A stretch of DNA of 64,000 nt from an uncultured delta proteobacterium (GTDB lineage Bacteria; Desulfobacterota; Desulfuromonadia; Geobacterales; Pseudopelobacteraceae), in the NCBI GenBank assembly GCA_963772835.1, contig CAVYYZ010000002.1:320001-384000 (forward strand). The letters are read 5' to 3'. Shown piece by piece: positions 51,406 through 62,589 of this stretch (its first letter is position 1; the number at the start of each line of letters is the position of its first letter). A model generated the notes under the pieces. The model did not search any database, was not told where the DNA came from, and was given only the letters and a program-made list of their open reading frames with translations. Made by a program: the position numbers and the translations under genes.

Positions 51406-52110
51406 TTATGCTGTTACAATCTCTGCTTTACAGTCAAGAAGCTGTCTGATGTTTGAGAACAACTGGGTTGGCAACATCGGTTTTTGAATGAAGTTGAGAT
51501 GGTCGAGACCGCCCAAAGATACCGAAGAATAACCACTCATTAAAATGATATTGGCTTTTGAATTCAACTTTCTAATCTCTTTGTAAGCAGCAATACCATC
51601 TTTACGGGGCATCATTACATCCATCAACACCATGTCAATGTCATTCATAAATTCTATGTAGTTATTGACTGCATCCTGGCCATCCTCTGCCACAATGACT
51701 TTGTATCCTTGTGCAGTTAATGCATGAAACAGGAAGTCCCTTAAATGATCTTCATCCTCTACAAGCAAAATAGTTTCATTACCCTTCAGACCAGGATCAC
51801 TGTTCATGGGCTTGCCCCTAAAATGTTTCCAGAATATATTAAAATCTATTTTATCAAAACTGTTCTTGCAAACGCTTGAATTATTAAGACGCAGCAGCAA
51901 CTCGACTTCAGTGAATATTTGTGCAACTGAAACGTGTAGTGCAGTAGCAAGCTGAAATATAGTGATCAGCTTTGGTTGCTGTAAACCTCGTTCAAGCCGG
52001 GAGATAAATACTCTGTCCAATGAACTTATTTCTGACAGTCCCTCTTGAGAAAACAGGCGCTCTTTCCTTAATCTGCGTACAACGGCTCCGAAAGCCTGTT
52101 CGATTGTCAA
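51406..52110 (-). CDS. XRE-family HTH fused to a C-terminal response-regulator receiver domain
   Basis: FGAVVRRLRKE..SQEGL..ISRLERG HTH; ILLVEDE, LMDVMMP, MSGY, QKP receiver motifs; TTG start at 52110 with AGGAG RBS. Confidence 0.85.
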   Translation of the reverse strand: MTIEQAFGAVVRRLRKERLFSQEGLSEISSLDRVFISRLERGLQQPKLITIFQLATALHVSVAQIFTEVELLLRLNNSSVCKNSFDKIDFNIFWKHFRGKPMNSDPGLKGNETILLVEDEDHLRDFLFHALTAQGYKVIVAEDGQDAVNNYIEFMNDIDMVLMDVMMPRKDGIAAYKEIRKLNSKANIILMSGYSSVSLGGLDHLNFIQKPMLPTQLFSNIRQLLDCKAEIVTA

Positions 52111-52430
52111 AAAAACGCTCCTGATAGATCTTAAATTGGTATTACTTATATCACACAAATGGTTTTCACTTTGTAGACTACTGACCTCCATTTAATCCCG
52201 CATGTTTAACAGTAGATATACTGGATTCCTGACAGATTGGTGCCAACTGTAAAGGATTTGGAATGATTGACAAACTTTGCATATGTAGTGTATCTGTACT
52301 CTGTTAAGTAATTACATAGTAGCATAAAGTGTCCATCAATTTTTAATTAAAACTCCTGCGGTTGAGGGATGCAACTGATGTGGACATCATGTAACGCATA
52401 GTAATTTCAGGCGGCTAAAGAGTAAACGGT

Positions 52431-52476
52431 TCATATTAGCCAGGTACGGAGTTCAATAGCTCTGCACCGCCACCAT
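52431..52476 (+). repeat. Degenerate direct repeat of the tRNA-Met 3' half (att-like site or pseudo-tRNA)
   Basis: Aligns to 50966-51010; exact 17-mer CTCTGCACCGCCACCAT at 50994-51010 and 52460-52476. Confidence 0.85.
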
Positions 52477-52483
52477 TCTTCTA

Positions 52484-52512
52484 AAAGCCTTGAGTATTTC
52501 AGGGTTTTTTTA
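52484..52512 (+). terminator. Intrinsic terminator after the tRNA-like repeat
   Basis: AAGCCTTGA-gtatt-TCAGGGTTT plus T run. Confidence 0.55.
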
Positions 52513-52541
52513 TTTAAACATCAGATTCATGGAGGCATAAC

Positions 52542-52922
52542 GTGATTAATATCGATTTTGATAAAATGGGTGGACTTATCCCTGCCGTTATTCAGGACTA
52601 CCTGAACGGTGAAGTTCTTATGGTTGCATTCATGGATAAAAAAACACTTGATTTGACATTGAAAGACGGCAAAACCTGGTTCTTCAGCCGAACCCGCAAC
52701 AAGTACTGGATGAAGGGTGAGGAATCGGGCAATACCCAGGAAGTTATGGAAGTGCTGACCGACTGTGATGCCGATACCGTTGTAATCAAGGTAAAGCAGA
52801 ACGGACTTGCCGCCTGCCATACCGGAAACCGCAGCTGCTTTTACGTCAAATGGGAAAACGGGCAGTGGGTGGAACATTCGAACCCGCTGTTCGACCCGGA
52901 TGAGGTCTACAAAAAAAAATGA
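52542..52922 (+). CDS. hisI: Phosphoribosyl-AMP cyclohydrolase
   Basis: FSRTR, WMKGEESG, DCDAD, ACHTG..SCF. Confidence 0.96.
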   Translation: MINIDFDKMGGLIPAVIQDYLNGEVLMVAFMDKKTLDLTLKDGKTWFFSRTRNKYWMKGEESGNTQEVMEVLTDCDADTVVIKVKQNGLAACHTGNRSCFYVKWENGQWVEHSNPLFDPDEVYKKK

Positions 52923-53075
52923 AGGAGCATCTCATCAATTCGGACTCCGCTCTTTCGGATGCCGTGAGAAACCCTGCTAGAAGGCATCTTCGCGGCACTT
53001 CATAGCCGGTGTTACTTCGTGAAAATGTTCATTTACTCCTGACAATTCATTATTCCGTTCAAAGAGAGGGTACAT

Positions 53076-53951
53076 ATGTCCAATATTCTGAATTTCGGTA
53101 TTCCCAAAGGGAGTCTCGAGGACGCCACTGTAGGCCTGTTTAAAAAAGCCGGCTGGCAGATAAGCATCTCCTCCCGCAGCTATTTTCCGGGAGTTGACGA
53201 CACCGAAATGAACTGCAAGCTGATCCGCCCACAGGAGATGGCCCGGTATGTCGAACGTCAGACCATTGATGCCGGCATCGCAGGCCGCGACTGGGTTCGT
53301 GAAAATGATTCAGATGTGGTTGAAGTCTGTGAAATGGTCTATTCTAAAGTTTCACGGCGCCCGGCCCGCTGGGTGCTGGTTGTCAATGGCGATTCAAAGG
53401 TACAGAAGCCGGAAGACCTTCATGGCGCCACGATCTCCACCGAACTGGTCGGATTTACCAGGCGCTATTTTGCCGAACGGAATATTCCGGTTACTGTTGA
53501 ATTTTCCTGGGGCGCAACCGAGGCAAAAGTCGTCGATGGACTCTGCGATGCGATTGTGGAAGTCACCGAAACCGGCTCGACCATAAAAGCAAACGGGCTG
53601 CGCATCGTCTGTGAACTTATGGAATCCGTACCGGTCCTGCTGGCCAGTAAGGCCGCCTGGGAAGACCCGTGGAAACGGGCAAAGATCAACCAGATCGCAA
53701 CATTACTGAAATCATCGCTGGCAGCCGAAGGCATGGTCGGCCTGAAAATGAATGCTCCGGCAGATACCGTTGATGCGATCACCAGACTACTGCCCAGCCT
53801 CAAAAATCCGACAGTTTCGAACCTTTATAACTCAGACTGGCTCTCTATTGAGAGCATCCTGTCCGAAAAAGAGGTGCGGAGGGTTGTGCCTGAGCTCATC
53901 AAATTAGGGGCTGAGGGAATTATTGAGTACCCGCTTAACAAGATAATCTGA
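53076..53951 (+). CDS. hisG: ATP phosphoribosyltransferase, long form
   Basis: IPKGSL, GATEAK, ETGST, C-terminal PTVS regulatory domain. Confidence 0.95.
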   Translation: MSNILNFGIPKGSLEDATVGLFKKAGWQISISSRSYFPGVDDTEMNCKLIRPQEMARYVERQTIDAGIAGRDWVRENDSDVVEVCEMVYSKVSRRPARWVLVVNGDSKVQKPEDLHGATISTELVGFTRRYFAERNIPVTVEFSWGATEAKVVDGLCDAIVEVTETGSTIKANGLRIVCELMESVPVLLASKAAWEDPWKRAKINQIATLLKSSLAAEGMVGLKMNAPADTVDAITRLLPSLKNPTVSNLYNSDWLSIESILSEKEVRRVVPELIKLGAEGIIEYPLNKII

Positions 53952-53995
53952 AGAGAGACGCTGTCAGCTAAACGACAACGATTGGAATACAACGT

Positions 53996-55066
53996 ATGAT
54001 GATGGACAAGATTGAAGAACTGGAGCGACGCTACCAGGAACTTGAAGCACTGCTCTCCGACCCGACTGTAATCTCCAACCAGCCTGAGTTCCGCAAACTT
54101 TCCCGCGAACATTCAGATCTGAGTGGGCTGGTGACCGCCTATCGTCGGTATCGGAAAGTGCTTGGAGATATTACCGACAACCGGGAACTGCTGTCCGACC
54201 CGGACATGAAAGAAATGGTTGAAGATGATCTGAAGGTTCTTGAAAATGAAAAAGACCAGCTTGATGCCGACATCCGGCTGCTGCTCCTCCCCAAGGATCC
54301 AAATGATGACAAGAGTGTCATCCTGGAGATTCGTGCCGGGACAGGCGGCGACGAGTCCGCTCTCTTTGCCGGTGACCTTTTCCGCATGTATTCCCGTTAC
54401 GCAGACACCAATCGCTGGAAGGTTGAGATCGTCTCCGCCTCCGAATCCGAGCGGGGTGGATATAAAGAGATCATCGCATCCGTCGAAGGTATAGGGGTCT
54501 TTGCCAAACTTAAATACGAATCCGGTACACATCGCGTTCAGCGGGTGCCTGAAACCGAGGCGCAGGGACGCATCCACACCAGCGCCTGTACAGTGGCAAT
54601 CATGCCGGAAGCAGAAGATGTTGACATAGACATTCGCGCGGATGATTTGAAGATAGATGTATATCGTTCTTCCGGCGCCGGCGGCCAGCATGTCAACACT
54701 ACCGACTCGGCCGTTCGCATAACCCATCTGCCGACCGGCACAGTTGTCGCCTGTCAGGAAGAACGAAGCCAGATAAAAAACCGCGCTACCGCCATGAAGG
54801 TTCTTAAAACGCGTATCCTTGACACCATTCAGCAGGCTCAGGACTCAAAACTGGCCGCAGACCGCAAACAACAGGTCGGATCAGGCGACCGGAGCGAACG
54901 AATCCGCACCTACAACTTTCCTCAGGGTAGAATGACGGATCACCGAATCGGGCTTACGTTGTACCGCCTCGATTCAATCATGACCGGCGATATCGCTGAA
55001 ATCACTGATGCTCTCAGAGCGTATTACCAGATGGAAGCATTGAAGGCGCAGGGCGAGGGGAACTGA
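53996..55066 (+). CDS. prfA: Peptide chain release factor 1
   Basis: PET anticodon-mimic motif, [15 protein letters not shown]. Confidence 0.97.
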   Translation: MMMDKIEELERRYQELEALLSDPTVISNQPEFRKLSREHSDLSGLVTAYRRYRKVLGDITDNRELLSDPDMKEMVEDDLKVLENEKDQLDADIRLLLLPKDPNDDKSVILEIRAGTGGDESALFAGDLFRMYSRYADTNRWKVEIVSASESERGGYKEIIASVEGIGVFAKLKYESGTHRVQRVPETEAQGRIHTSACTVAIMPEAEDVDIDIRADDLKIDVYRSSGAGGQHVNTTDSAVRITHLPTGTVVACQEERSQIKNRATAMKVLKTRILDTIQQAQDSKLAADRKQQVGSGDRSERIRTYNFPQGRMTDHRIGLTLYRLDSIMTGDIAEITDALRAYYQMEALKAQGEGN

Positions 55067-55118
55067 TTATCGAGGGCACTCTTACTTTTTTGGATCAAAA
55101 GTATGCTAACGTAACGCC

Positions 55119-55646
55119 ATGTCACACGTACTTGAAAACTACCGGCAACTCACCGCACGAATAGATGCACTCTGCCAGGCAATAGCTTCAGCACTCGGAG
55201 AGCAGATAACCTGCTCGGCAGGCTGCAGTGCCTGCTGTACCGCAATAACTTTGTTCCCTGTAGAAGCTGAAGCATTGAGGAACGCGCTGGAAGAGTTGCC
55301 TGATCATCAGGCTGAAGAGATTCGACGGCATATTTCCGACCATGCCGATGATGAACGCTGCCCACTCCTGCTCCATCACCACTGCCTGCTGTATGAAGCC
55401 CGCCCGATTATCTGCCGGACTCATGGACTACCAATCATCTATACGACAGACGGTGAGCACAAAAGTGACTGTTGCCCGCTTAACCTGACCGAGACCGAAT
55501 CTATCTCCGGCTCAAGCGCAGTGGATCTGGACAGGCTCAATACGCTGCTTGTAGCGGTCAATTCCATCTATCTGACACAGACCGAAACTTCAGGTGCAGA
55601 GCTGCGTGTGACGATCGCCGCAGCACTTACCGGAAAACAGAGGTAA
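55119..55646 (+). CDS. YkgJ-family (CxxGCxxCC) cysteine cluster protein
   Basis: CSAGCSACC, CPLL, CLLYEARPIICR. Confidence 0.88.
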   Translation: MSHVLENYRQLTARIDALCQAIASALGEQITCSAGCSACCTAITLFPVEAEALRNALEELPDHQAEEIRRHISDHADDERCPLLLHHHCLLYEARPIICRTHGLPIIYTTDGEHKSDCCPLNLTETESISGSSAVDLDRLNTLLVAVNSIYLTQTETSGAELRVTIAAALTGKQR

Positions 55647-55658
55647 AACCGGGGCAAG

Positions 55659-56916
55659 CTATTTCAGACTTGTTATGTAGCTGCGGACTCCGTCCAGAAT
55701 GCCTGAAGCGACTGTCTCCTGGTATGCGGGGTCTTTTAGCCTGGACTCTTCAGTGGCGTTAGAAAGGAAGGCTGTTTCAACAAGTATACTGGGCATGGAT
55801 GCTCCAACCAGAACATAGAAAGGCCCCTGCTTGACCCCCAGATTTCTTACATCGCTGTAGCCGCTGCGGATTTTTTTATGGAGGGATTTTTGAACTTCAT
55901 CAGCCAGATGGGCCGAATCGTTCAATTTATAATTTGCCATCAGATCAAACAGAATCGCCTGTAGTACACTGACCTTTTCAAGTGACGTACCGTTCTCTTT
56001 GGCGGCCAATTGCGCTACTTTTTCAGTCTTGGCCAGGTTAAGATAATACGTTTCAATTCCTGAGGCCAAACGGTTGGGCGCAGCGTTTGCGTGAACCGAC
56101 AGAAACAGGTCTGCACCGACCTTGTTGGCAATGGCGGTACGCTCCTCCAGCGGGATAAAAACATCTGTCGAACGTGTCATCACAACATCGACACCAAGCT
56201 CTTCCCTGAACAGTTCCTGTAATCTGAGACCGATCGCCAGTACAACGTCTTTTTCCTGCACACCGGTCGGACCGACCGCGCCAGGATCGTGCCCACCGTG
56301 ACCGGGATCAACCACAATCCGCCGGATCTTTGATATGACCGGTTTTTTAGGTGCCCTGGACCTTTTCTCTGAAACTGAAGGTTGTGCTTCAAGCTTCGGC
56401 ACCACCATCCGCTGGGGCATGGCAGACACTGATGGTTCCAGACGCGATATCTCTGCCGGACGTTCACCGCGAACATCGATCACCAGTCGCGCCGGATCAG
56501 ACAGAGGGAAAATGTTGTAGTCTTTTATGTTTTCAGTATCCAGTACCACTCTCACCACATCAGACTTGTACTGTCCCACCCTGGCACCTTTCAGCAGGCC
56601 GTCTCCGATGGTGATGTCCTTGACACTTTTTCCGAGTCGGGTTCGCTTAAGATCGATATAGACTCGTCCCGGCTTGCCGGGGGAACCTTTACCGAGTTCG
56701 TGTGTCTCCCAGGTAACGTCCCGATCAAGTTCCAGGGAAATCCGTGTGTAGTCGGGGTTTGACCAGTGTTTCATCTCATTCAGAACCGCAGAAGGGCGGT
56801 TGGTGACCGACGTTTGTTCGCTGAACGCAACTTTTTTATTCTTGGCTGCAAGAGCCGGAAGCGGATGCAGAAAAAGGAAATAAGGGACAGATTAGTATGT
56901 ATAGGTATCGTTTCAT
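55659..56916 (-). CDS. AMIN + Amidase_3 N-acetylmuramoyl-L-alanine amidase; signal-peptide region frameshifted by one extra base
   Basis: DPGHGG, EK, SVHAN, ILVE catalytic motifs; ATG at 56916 is out of frame with FLFLHPLPALA-AKNKK, which is continuous with the 55659-56774 ORF. Confidence 0.85.
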
Positions 56917-57010
56917 AGTGGTCGCTTTGTATGGTGCTGCGTCTTCAGAAAACGTGATGTCTCTTGTAGCAGAAATCTCTGGGTATAACAACCGATTGGG
57001 AGCAATGAAG

Positions 57011-57334
57011 CTACCGCCCCTTGGGAGAATGGCCGCCACGGCTGCCCTGCCCACTCTTACCGATAGTAGCGCCCGCTTTCTTGAAGTTTTTGGGCGGAGC
57101 CCCTTTTACGACTATCAGATGGTCACCAAGCCTCGCTCCGTTCAGTAAGTCAATCGCTTCTCTGGCTTCTTCTTCGGTCGACATCCTGACGTAACCGCAT
57201 CCCCGTAACTCTCCGGATCCGGGATCGATGACAAGATGGACAGACGTAACCGTACCCACCACGGAGAACAGCCTCCGCACTTCGTCTTCCGTAACTGTAC
57301 CGGAGATGTGTCCCACATAGATTTCAACACCCAT
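57011..57334 (-). CDS. RRM RNA-binding protein
   Basis: EIYVGHI, RGCGYVRM, short G/K/R tail. Confidence 0.88.
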   Translation of the reverse strand: MGVEIYVGHISGTVTEDEVRRLFSVVGTVTSVHLVIDPGSGELRGCGYVRMSTEEEAREAIDLLNGARLGDHLIVVKGAPPKNFKKAGATIGKSGQGSRGGHSPKGR

Positions 57335-57386
57335 TATGGCTTCCTTTTCACGCAGTCACTCTAATTCTCGGGGCCGGATCACCCCC

Positions 57387-59999
57387 TCACACCATCCGCT
57401 TCAAATCATCCAGCAGGTTAAGCGCCTCAAGCGGAGTCAGAGTGGCAATATTGAGCTTCTTCAGACGGTGACGCAGCTGATCCTCACTGGTTTCAAACAG
57501 CGAGAACTGCGGGGACGGTTCACGGGCCGGTTTCTTGCTGCTCCTGGCCAACCGCGGGGCCCCTTCCTCAAATTCTCCGCTCTCCAGGTTGTGTAGGATC
57601 TCCTTGGCCCGTTCAACAACGTCGAACGGCATGCCGGCAAGGCGTGCTACCTGAATACCGTAGGAATGAGACGCACCGCCGGGTATTATGGTACGCAGGA
57701 AGATCACCTGGTCGTTCCATTCCCGCACCGCAACTGTGAAGTTTTTGATCCGCTCCCGGGTTGTCGCCAACTCAGTAAGTTCGTGGTAATGGGTGGCAAA
57801 GAGCGTACGACTGCGGCACGTAGGCGTGTCGTGAATATACTCCGCAACCGCCCAGGCGATGGAGACACCGTCAAATGTCGAAGTACCCCGCCCGATTTCG
57901 TCCATGACAATCAAGCTCCGGGGGGTAGCATTGCGGAGGATTCCGGCCGCCTCCATCATCTCCAGCATGAAGGTGGACTGCCCCCGGGCCAGGTTGTCGC
58001 CCGCACCGACGCGGGTGAAAATACGGTCGGCGATGCCGATGCGGGCCTTAGCGGCAGGGACAAAGCTGCCGGCCTGGGCCATAAGGGTTATCAGCGCTAC
58101 CTGACGCATATAGGTCGATTTACCCGCCATATTGGGACCGGTAATCATCAGAAGCTGGTTGGATTCGCCATCCAGCAGTGTGTCGTTCGGAACAAACCGT
58201 TCCCCCAGATTCATGGCTTCTATCACCGGGTGGCGACCATCACTGATTTCAATTATATCCGAATCATCCACAAACGGTTTACAGTAATTGCGTTCTCCGG
58301 CCACGGTCGCTAAAGAGAGCAGCACATCAAGAATCGCCACTCCGTCTGCGGTCCGGGAAATCCGTTCGGCCTGGCCGGCGACCAGCTCTCGAATCTCCTG
58401 AAACAGAGTGAATTCGAGGATGCAGATGCGCTCTTCGGCGCCCAGTACCTTCTCTTCGTAGTTTTTTAATTCCTCGGTGATATAGCGCTCGGCGTTGGCG
58501 AGAGTCTGGCGGCGTATGTAATCAGCAGGTACGGCCGCCAGATTACTTTTGGTAACTTCAATCGAATAGCCAAACACCCGGTTGTAGCGGATTTTGAGCG
58601 TCGAGATTCCGGTGCGGGCCCGCTCCTGAGCCTCCAGGCGGGCGATGAACCCTTTTCCTTCGCTGCTGATTGCACGCAGTTCGTCCAGATCCGCATTGTA
58701 ACCGGCCGCGATTATCCCGCCTTCCCGAAGAGAAAATGGCGGCACTTCGATAATCCCGCGCGACACCAACAGACAGATATCATCAAGGGGGTCAATGGCG
58801 AATCTCAGCGACCGGAGCAGAGGACTCTGCACATCTGCCAACAAATCCAGCAGAGGGGGGAAATGGATCAGCGAATCATGCAGCGCCCTCAAGTCACGCC
58901 CGCCGGCGCTGGCCATCCCGATACGACCGTTTAACCGCTCCAGATCGGCGACGTTTTTCAAGCGCGCGGCCAGCTCTTCCCGCAGATCTGGCGACTCCAG
59001 CAGTTCTTCGACAGCATTCAGCCGCTGCCTGATGGGCTCTGGCTCGACCAGAGGATAACTGAGCCACTGTTTCAGACGTCGGGCGCCCATAGCCGTTCCG
59101 GTGCGATCAAGACACCCCAGCAGTGAACCGGAGCGCTTACCCTCCGCCATACTGGAAGTAATTTCCAGATTGCGGCGGGTTGCAGGGTCGAGGGACAGAT
59201 GCTGACTGCGCCGGGAGACAATGATGTCACGGATATGCGGCAGTGCCGCCTTGCGGTTTTCACGCAGATAATAGAGAGCGGCTGCGGCGGCAAGCAGTGC
59301 GGTTGGTGTCCCCTCCAGCCCGAGCGCCTCTACTGAAGCTGCCCCGAAATGACCGCAGATCAATGACGTGGCATAATCACGATCATATATCCAGGACGGA
59401 GCACGGGAGATGATCCGTTCGCTCAAAAACGAGCGCAGATCAGGTGTGAGAGACGCATGATCAAGGGAGTCGGAGAGCAGAATCTCGCGGGGGTTAACCC
59501 CGGCCGCTTCAGCCAGCGCGGCTGCAGCTCCGGCCTGCTCGGTTGCACGGAATTCTCCCGTGGAAACGTCAAGCCAGGCGCATCCCCAGCTGCCGTCTGA
59601 CGCTTCGCAGAGAGCGAGCAGATAATTATTTTCGTCCGGGACCAGACTTTCGGATTCAATCAAAAGCCCGGGTGTAACGACCCTGACGACTTCGCGCCGA
59701 ACAATTCCCTTGGCCTGTTTCGGATCTTCCACCTGTTCACAGATTGCCACCTTGTGGCCGGCTTCAATCAATCTGGCAACATAAGGTGCGGCTGAATGGA
59801 ATGGGATCCCGCAGAAGGGAATCTCGTCGCCACTCCCCTTGTTGCGTGAAGTCAGGGCGATATCCAGCAGACGGGATGCCAGCAGGGCATCGTCCAGAAA
59901 CATCTCGTAAAAGTCCCCCATGCGGAAGAAAAGGATCGCATCAGGATAGCCCGACTTGATCTCCAGATATTGCCGCATCATGGGGGTTTGTTCTGCCAT
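57387..59999 (-). CDS. mutS: DNA mismatch repair protein MutS
   Basis: [31 protein letters not shown]. Confidence 0.98.
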   Translation of the reverse strand: MAEQTPMMRQYLEIKSGYPDAILFFRMGDFYEMFLDDALLASRLLDIALTSRNKGSGDEIPFCGIPFHSAAPYVARLIEAGHKVAICEQVEDPKQAKGIVRREVVRVVTPGLLIESESLVPDENNYLLALCEASDGSWGCAWLDVSTGEFRATEQAGAAAALAEAAGVNPREILLSDSLDHASLTPDLRSFLSERIISRAPSWIYDRDYATSLICGHFGAASVEALGLEGTPTALLAAAAALYYLRENRKAALPHIRDIIVSRRSQHLSLDPATRRNLEITSSMAEGKRSGSLLGCLDRTGTAMGARRLKQWLSYPLVEPEPIRQRLNAVEELLESPDLREELAARLKNVADLERLNGRIGMASAGGRDLRALHDSLIHFPPLLDLLADVQSPLLRSLRFAIDPLDDICLLVSRGIIEVPPFSLREGGIIAAGYNADLDELRAISSEGKGFIARLEAQERARTGISTLKIRYNRVFGYSIEVTKSNLAAVPADYIRRQTLANAERYITEELKNYEEKVLGAEERICILEFTLFQEIRELVAGQAERISRTADGVAILDVLLSLATVAGERNYCKPFVDDSDIIEISDGRHPVIEAMNLGERFVPNDTLLDGESNQLLMITGPNMAGKSTYMRQVALITLMAQAGSFVPAAKARIGIADRIFTRVGAGDNLARGQSTFMLEMMEAAGILRNATPRSLIVMDEIGRGTSTFDGVSIAWAVAEYIHDTPTCRSRTLFATHYHELTELATTRERIKNFTVAVREWNDQVIFLRTIIPGGASHSYGIQVARLAGMPFDVVERAKEILHNLESGEFEEGAPRLARSSKKPAREPSPQFSLFETSEDQLRHRLKKLNIATLTPLEALNLLDDLKRMV

Positions 60000-60140
60000 G
60001 GAAGGTAAGCCTTTCGTCTGCTTGAATGAGTGTCTGGTTGTAGCACACAGGGCACGCCTTTTCAAGGCGGGCGATATGCGATTATTTATTCTGCCGCTTG
60101 CACTTGGTTACATTCGTGCTAGAATAGTGCGGCAAGGCGA

Positions 60141-62588
60141 TTGAAGAAGGAGCGTTCCCCCCAGAAGATGGTTTCCCTCTCACTACGTAAAAAATTAATA
60201 CTCGGTACTGCTCTCCTGATCATGCTGATCGGAAGCGCGCTCGCCCTCCTGGTCAAACACGAGCTTCACTCCCGTTTTCAAGACGAAGTGATAAAGCGCG
60301 GTATATCTGTTGCCCGCTATATCGCAGAAGCTTCTGAAATACCGCTTATCACCGAGAATAAGTTCAGCCTTGAACTGCTCGTCAACGACTACCGGAAACT
60401 GGATAAGGATATCGAATACATCTTTATCCAGGCTCCGGACAACACCATTTCAGCCCATACTTTTGGCTCGACCATACCCGAACAGTTGATCGATGAATCT
60501 CTTAAGGCGCCCCGGGACAAAAACCATACAGCCAATCTCGCTGAGGATGGGAACCTGATTTATGATATTTCTATCCCTATCCAGGGGGGTGCACTCGGGT
60601 CCGTTCACATTGGTCTGTATCAATCGCTGACCGACAGGAATGTTGCAGGTGTCTTGATGCGAATGCTGCCGTTTCTTCTCGTGATTATGATTATCGGCAT
60701 AATCGCAGCTATCATTTTTGCTTCTGCAATTACCCGCCCGATCGCGCTTTTGACCGCCGGTATTGAGCGTTTGAGCATGGATGGCGAGCTCAACGCGCCT
60801 ATTCCAATTACTTCACACGATGAAATCGGACATCTGGCAACTGTTTTCAACAGCATGACAGACAAATTACGCACGACAACCGTTTCACGTGAATACATGG
60901 AAAATCTGATCAACAGTATGAACGACGTGCTGATTGTCATATCTCCGGAGGGCGTGATTCAAAGCGTAAATCTCGCCTATTGTGAGCTTTTCGGATACCG
61001 GAGCGATGAAGTTGTGGGGCTGCGCCTGACGGAATCCGAGGAGCACGAGGCACCTTTATGCATGTATGCACCGTTCTTGCACGCCCTGGAGTATGGCCCT
61101 ATTTATGGTGTTGAAACAAAGTGCTGCACGGCAAGCGGAGAAATTGTTTCGATGCTCTATTCACTTGCGATCATGAAAAACGACCATGGTCAACCACAAG
61201 CTGTAATCTGCGCAGCCCAGAACATCAGCAACCTGAAAAAAATCCAGGAGGCTCTACAACAGAAGCAGGGAGAGCTGGAGGAGATGAATCGAAACCTGGA
61301 AGGAATTGTTGCCTCGCGTACAGCAGAACTGGCAATAGGCAATGAGGGGTTGCGGGCTGAAGTTGCCGAACGCCAGAAAAAGACTGAAGAATTACGGGCC
61401 GCCAGAGATATCGCCGAATCAGCAAATCGTGCCAAATCCGAGTTTCTGGCTAACATGAGTCATGAAATGCGGACCCCTCTCAATTCGATCATCGGAGGAA
61501 CCGAATATCTTGATGCGGCCGGTTTAAGCGATGACCAGCATCGATGTCTCGCGATGATACACCATGCCGGAGACAGCCTGCTTGTATTGATCAATGATCT
61601 GATCGACCTTTCCCGAATCGAAGCAGGTCAGCTTGAAATTTCCGGCCGCCCCTTCAATCTGCTCCACTCTCTGGAGCGGTCTGTCGAGATGGTTGGACAG
61701 GAAGCAGAACGCAAAAAACTGGTACTTACACTGAGCAGTGATCCCGCAATGCCGCAGGTTGTAATGGGCGATCAGACCAGGCTGCAGCAGGTTCTGGTGA
61801 ATCTGATCGTTAACGCAGTGAAATTCACAGAAGGTGGCGGTTCGGTCTCGGTTACAACGTCAGTTGCTCCGCCTGAAAATGATCAGGTACCGGTTACGTT
61901 TGTCATCAGAGATTCCGGTATCGGAATAGACCCTGATAAACTTAAAATGATTTTTGACAGCTTTTCCCAGGCAGACACTTCCATCACACGCCGTTTTGGT
62001 GGAAGCGGGCTCGGTCTTGCCATCAGCCGCAAGCTGGTGGAAGCTATGGGCGGTTCCATGAAGGTAGAAAGTATACCGGGTGTGGGAAGCTCCTTCAGTT
62101 TCACCGTACCTTTTTCAAGTACCCTGCCGGAACCGGAACCGGCCATAGAAACAGCAGTGGCGGTAACAGAACATATCGAGGCAGCTGTACCGCTTGACCA
62201 GCAGAAAATCTCCAAACGGGTACTGCTGGTGGATGATTCACTTGAAAACCGGGAGTTGATGAAGCTTCTGCTTCACCCTCTCGCCATGGAACTGCATGAA
62301 GCGGGCAACGGCCAGGAAGCTCTTGATTTATTTTTTGCGCACCGTTACGACTTGATCCTTATGGACATTCAAATGCCGATCATGGACGGCTATATGGCCA
62401 CCCGGATGATACGGAGTCATGAAGAGCGCTCCGGCCAACGGAGAACTGTTATCATCGCTCTCACTGCCCACGCCTATGAGTCAGATATTCAAAAATGTCT
62501 GGATACCGGTTGTGATGACCATATAGCAAAGCCGTTCAAAAAGCGGACATTACTGAACTGTCTGTCACACCATCTACAGGGGTTGTAA
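60141..62588 (+). CDS. Hybrid sensor histidine kinase (TM sensor, HAMP, PAS, HisKA, HATPase, REC)
   Basis: DEIGHLATVFN, MSHEMRTPL, NAVKFT, GGSGLGL, LMDIQMP; start may be ATG 60168. Confidence 0.93.
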   Translation: MKKERSPQKMVSLSLRKKLILGTALLIMLIGSALALLVKHELHSRFQDEVIKRGISVARYIAEASEIPLITENKFSLELLVNDYRKLDKDIEYIFIQAPDNTISAHTFGSTIPEQLIDESLKAPRDKNHTANLAEDGNLIYDISIPIQGGALGSVHIGLYQSLTDRNVAGVLMRMLPFLLVIMIIGIIAAIIFASAITRPIALLTAGIERLSMDGELNAPIPITSHDEIGHLATVFNSMTDKLRTTTVSREYMENLINSMNDVLIVISPEGVIQSVNLAYCELFGYRSDEVVGLRLTESEEHEAPLCMYAPFLHALEYGPIYGVETKCCTASGEIVSMLYSLAIMKNDHGQPQAVICAAQNISNLKKIQEALQQKQGELEEMNRNLEGIVASRTAELAIGNEGLRAEVAERQKKTEELRAARDIAESANRAKSEFLANMSHEMRTPLNSIIGGTEYLDAAGLSDDQHRCLAMIHHAGDSLLVLINDLIDLSRIEAGQLEISGRPFNLLHSLERSVEMVGQEAERKKLVLTLSSDPAMPQVVMGDQTRLQQVLVNLIVNAVKFTEGGGSVSVTTSVAPPENDQVPVTFVIRDSGIGIDPDKLKMIFDSFSQADTSITRRFGGSGLGLAISRKLVEAMGGSMKVESIPGVGSSFSFTVPFSSTLPEPEPAIETAVAVTEHIEAAVPLDQQKISKRVLLVDDSLENRELMKLLLHPLAMELHEAGNGQEALDLFFAHRYDLILMDIQMPIMDGYMATRMIRSHEERSGQRRTVIIALTAHAYESDIQKCLDTGCDDHIAKPFKKRTLLNCLSHHLQGL

Positions 62589-62589
62589 C

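Noticed and set aside
51013..51456. 147-aa plus-strand ORF inside the tRNA islet, possible integrase remnant
   Set aside because: Runs through the tRNA terminator, has no RBS or recognisable motif; no tyrosine-recombinase residues seen on either strand
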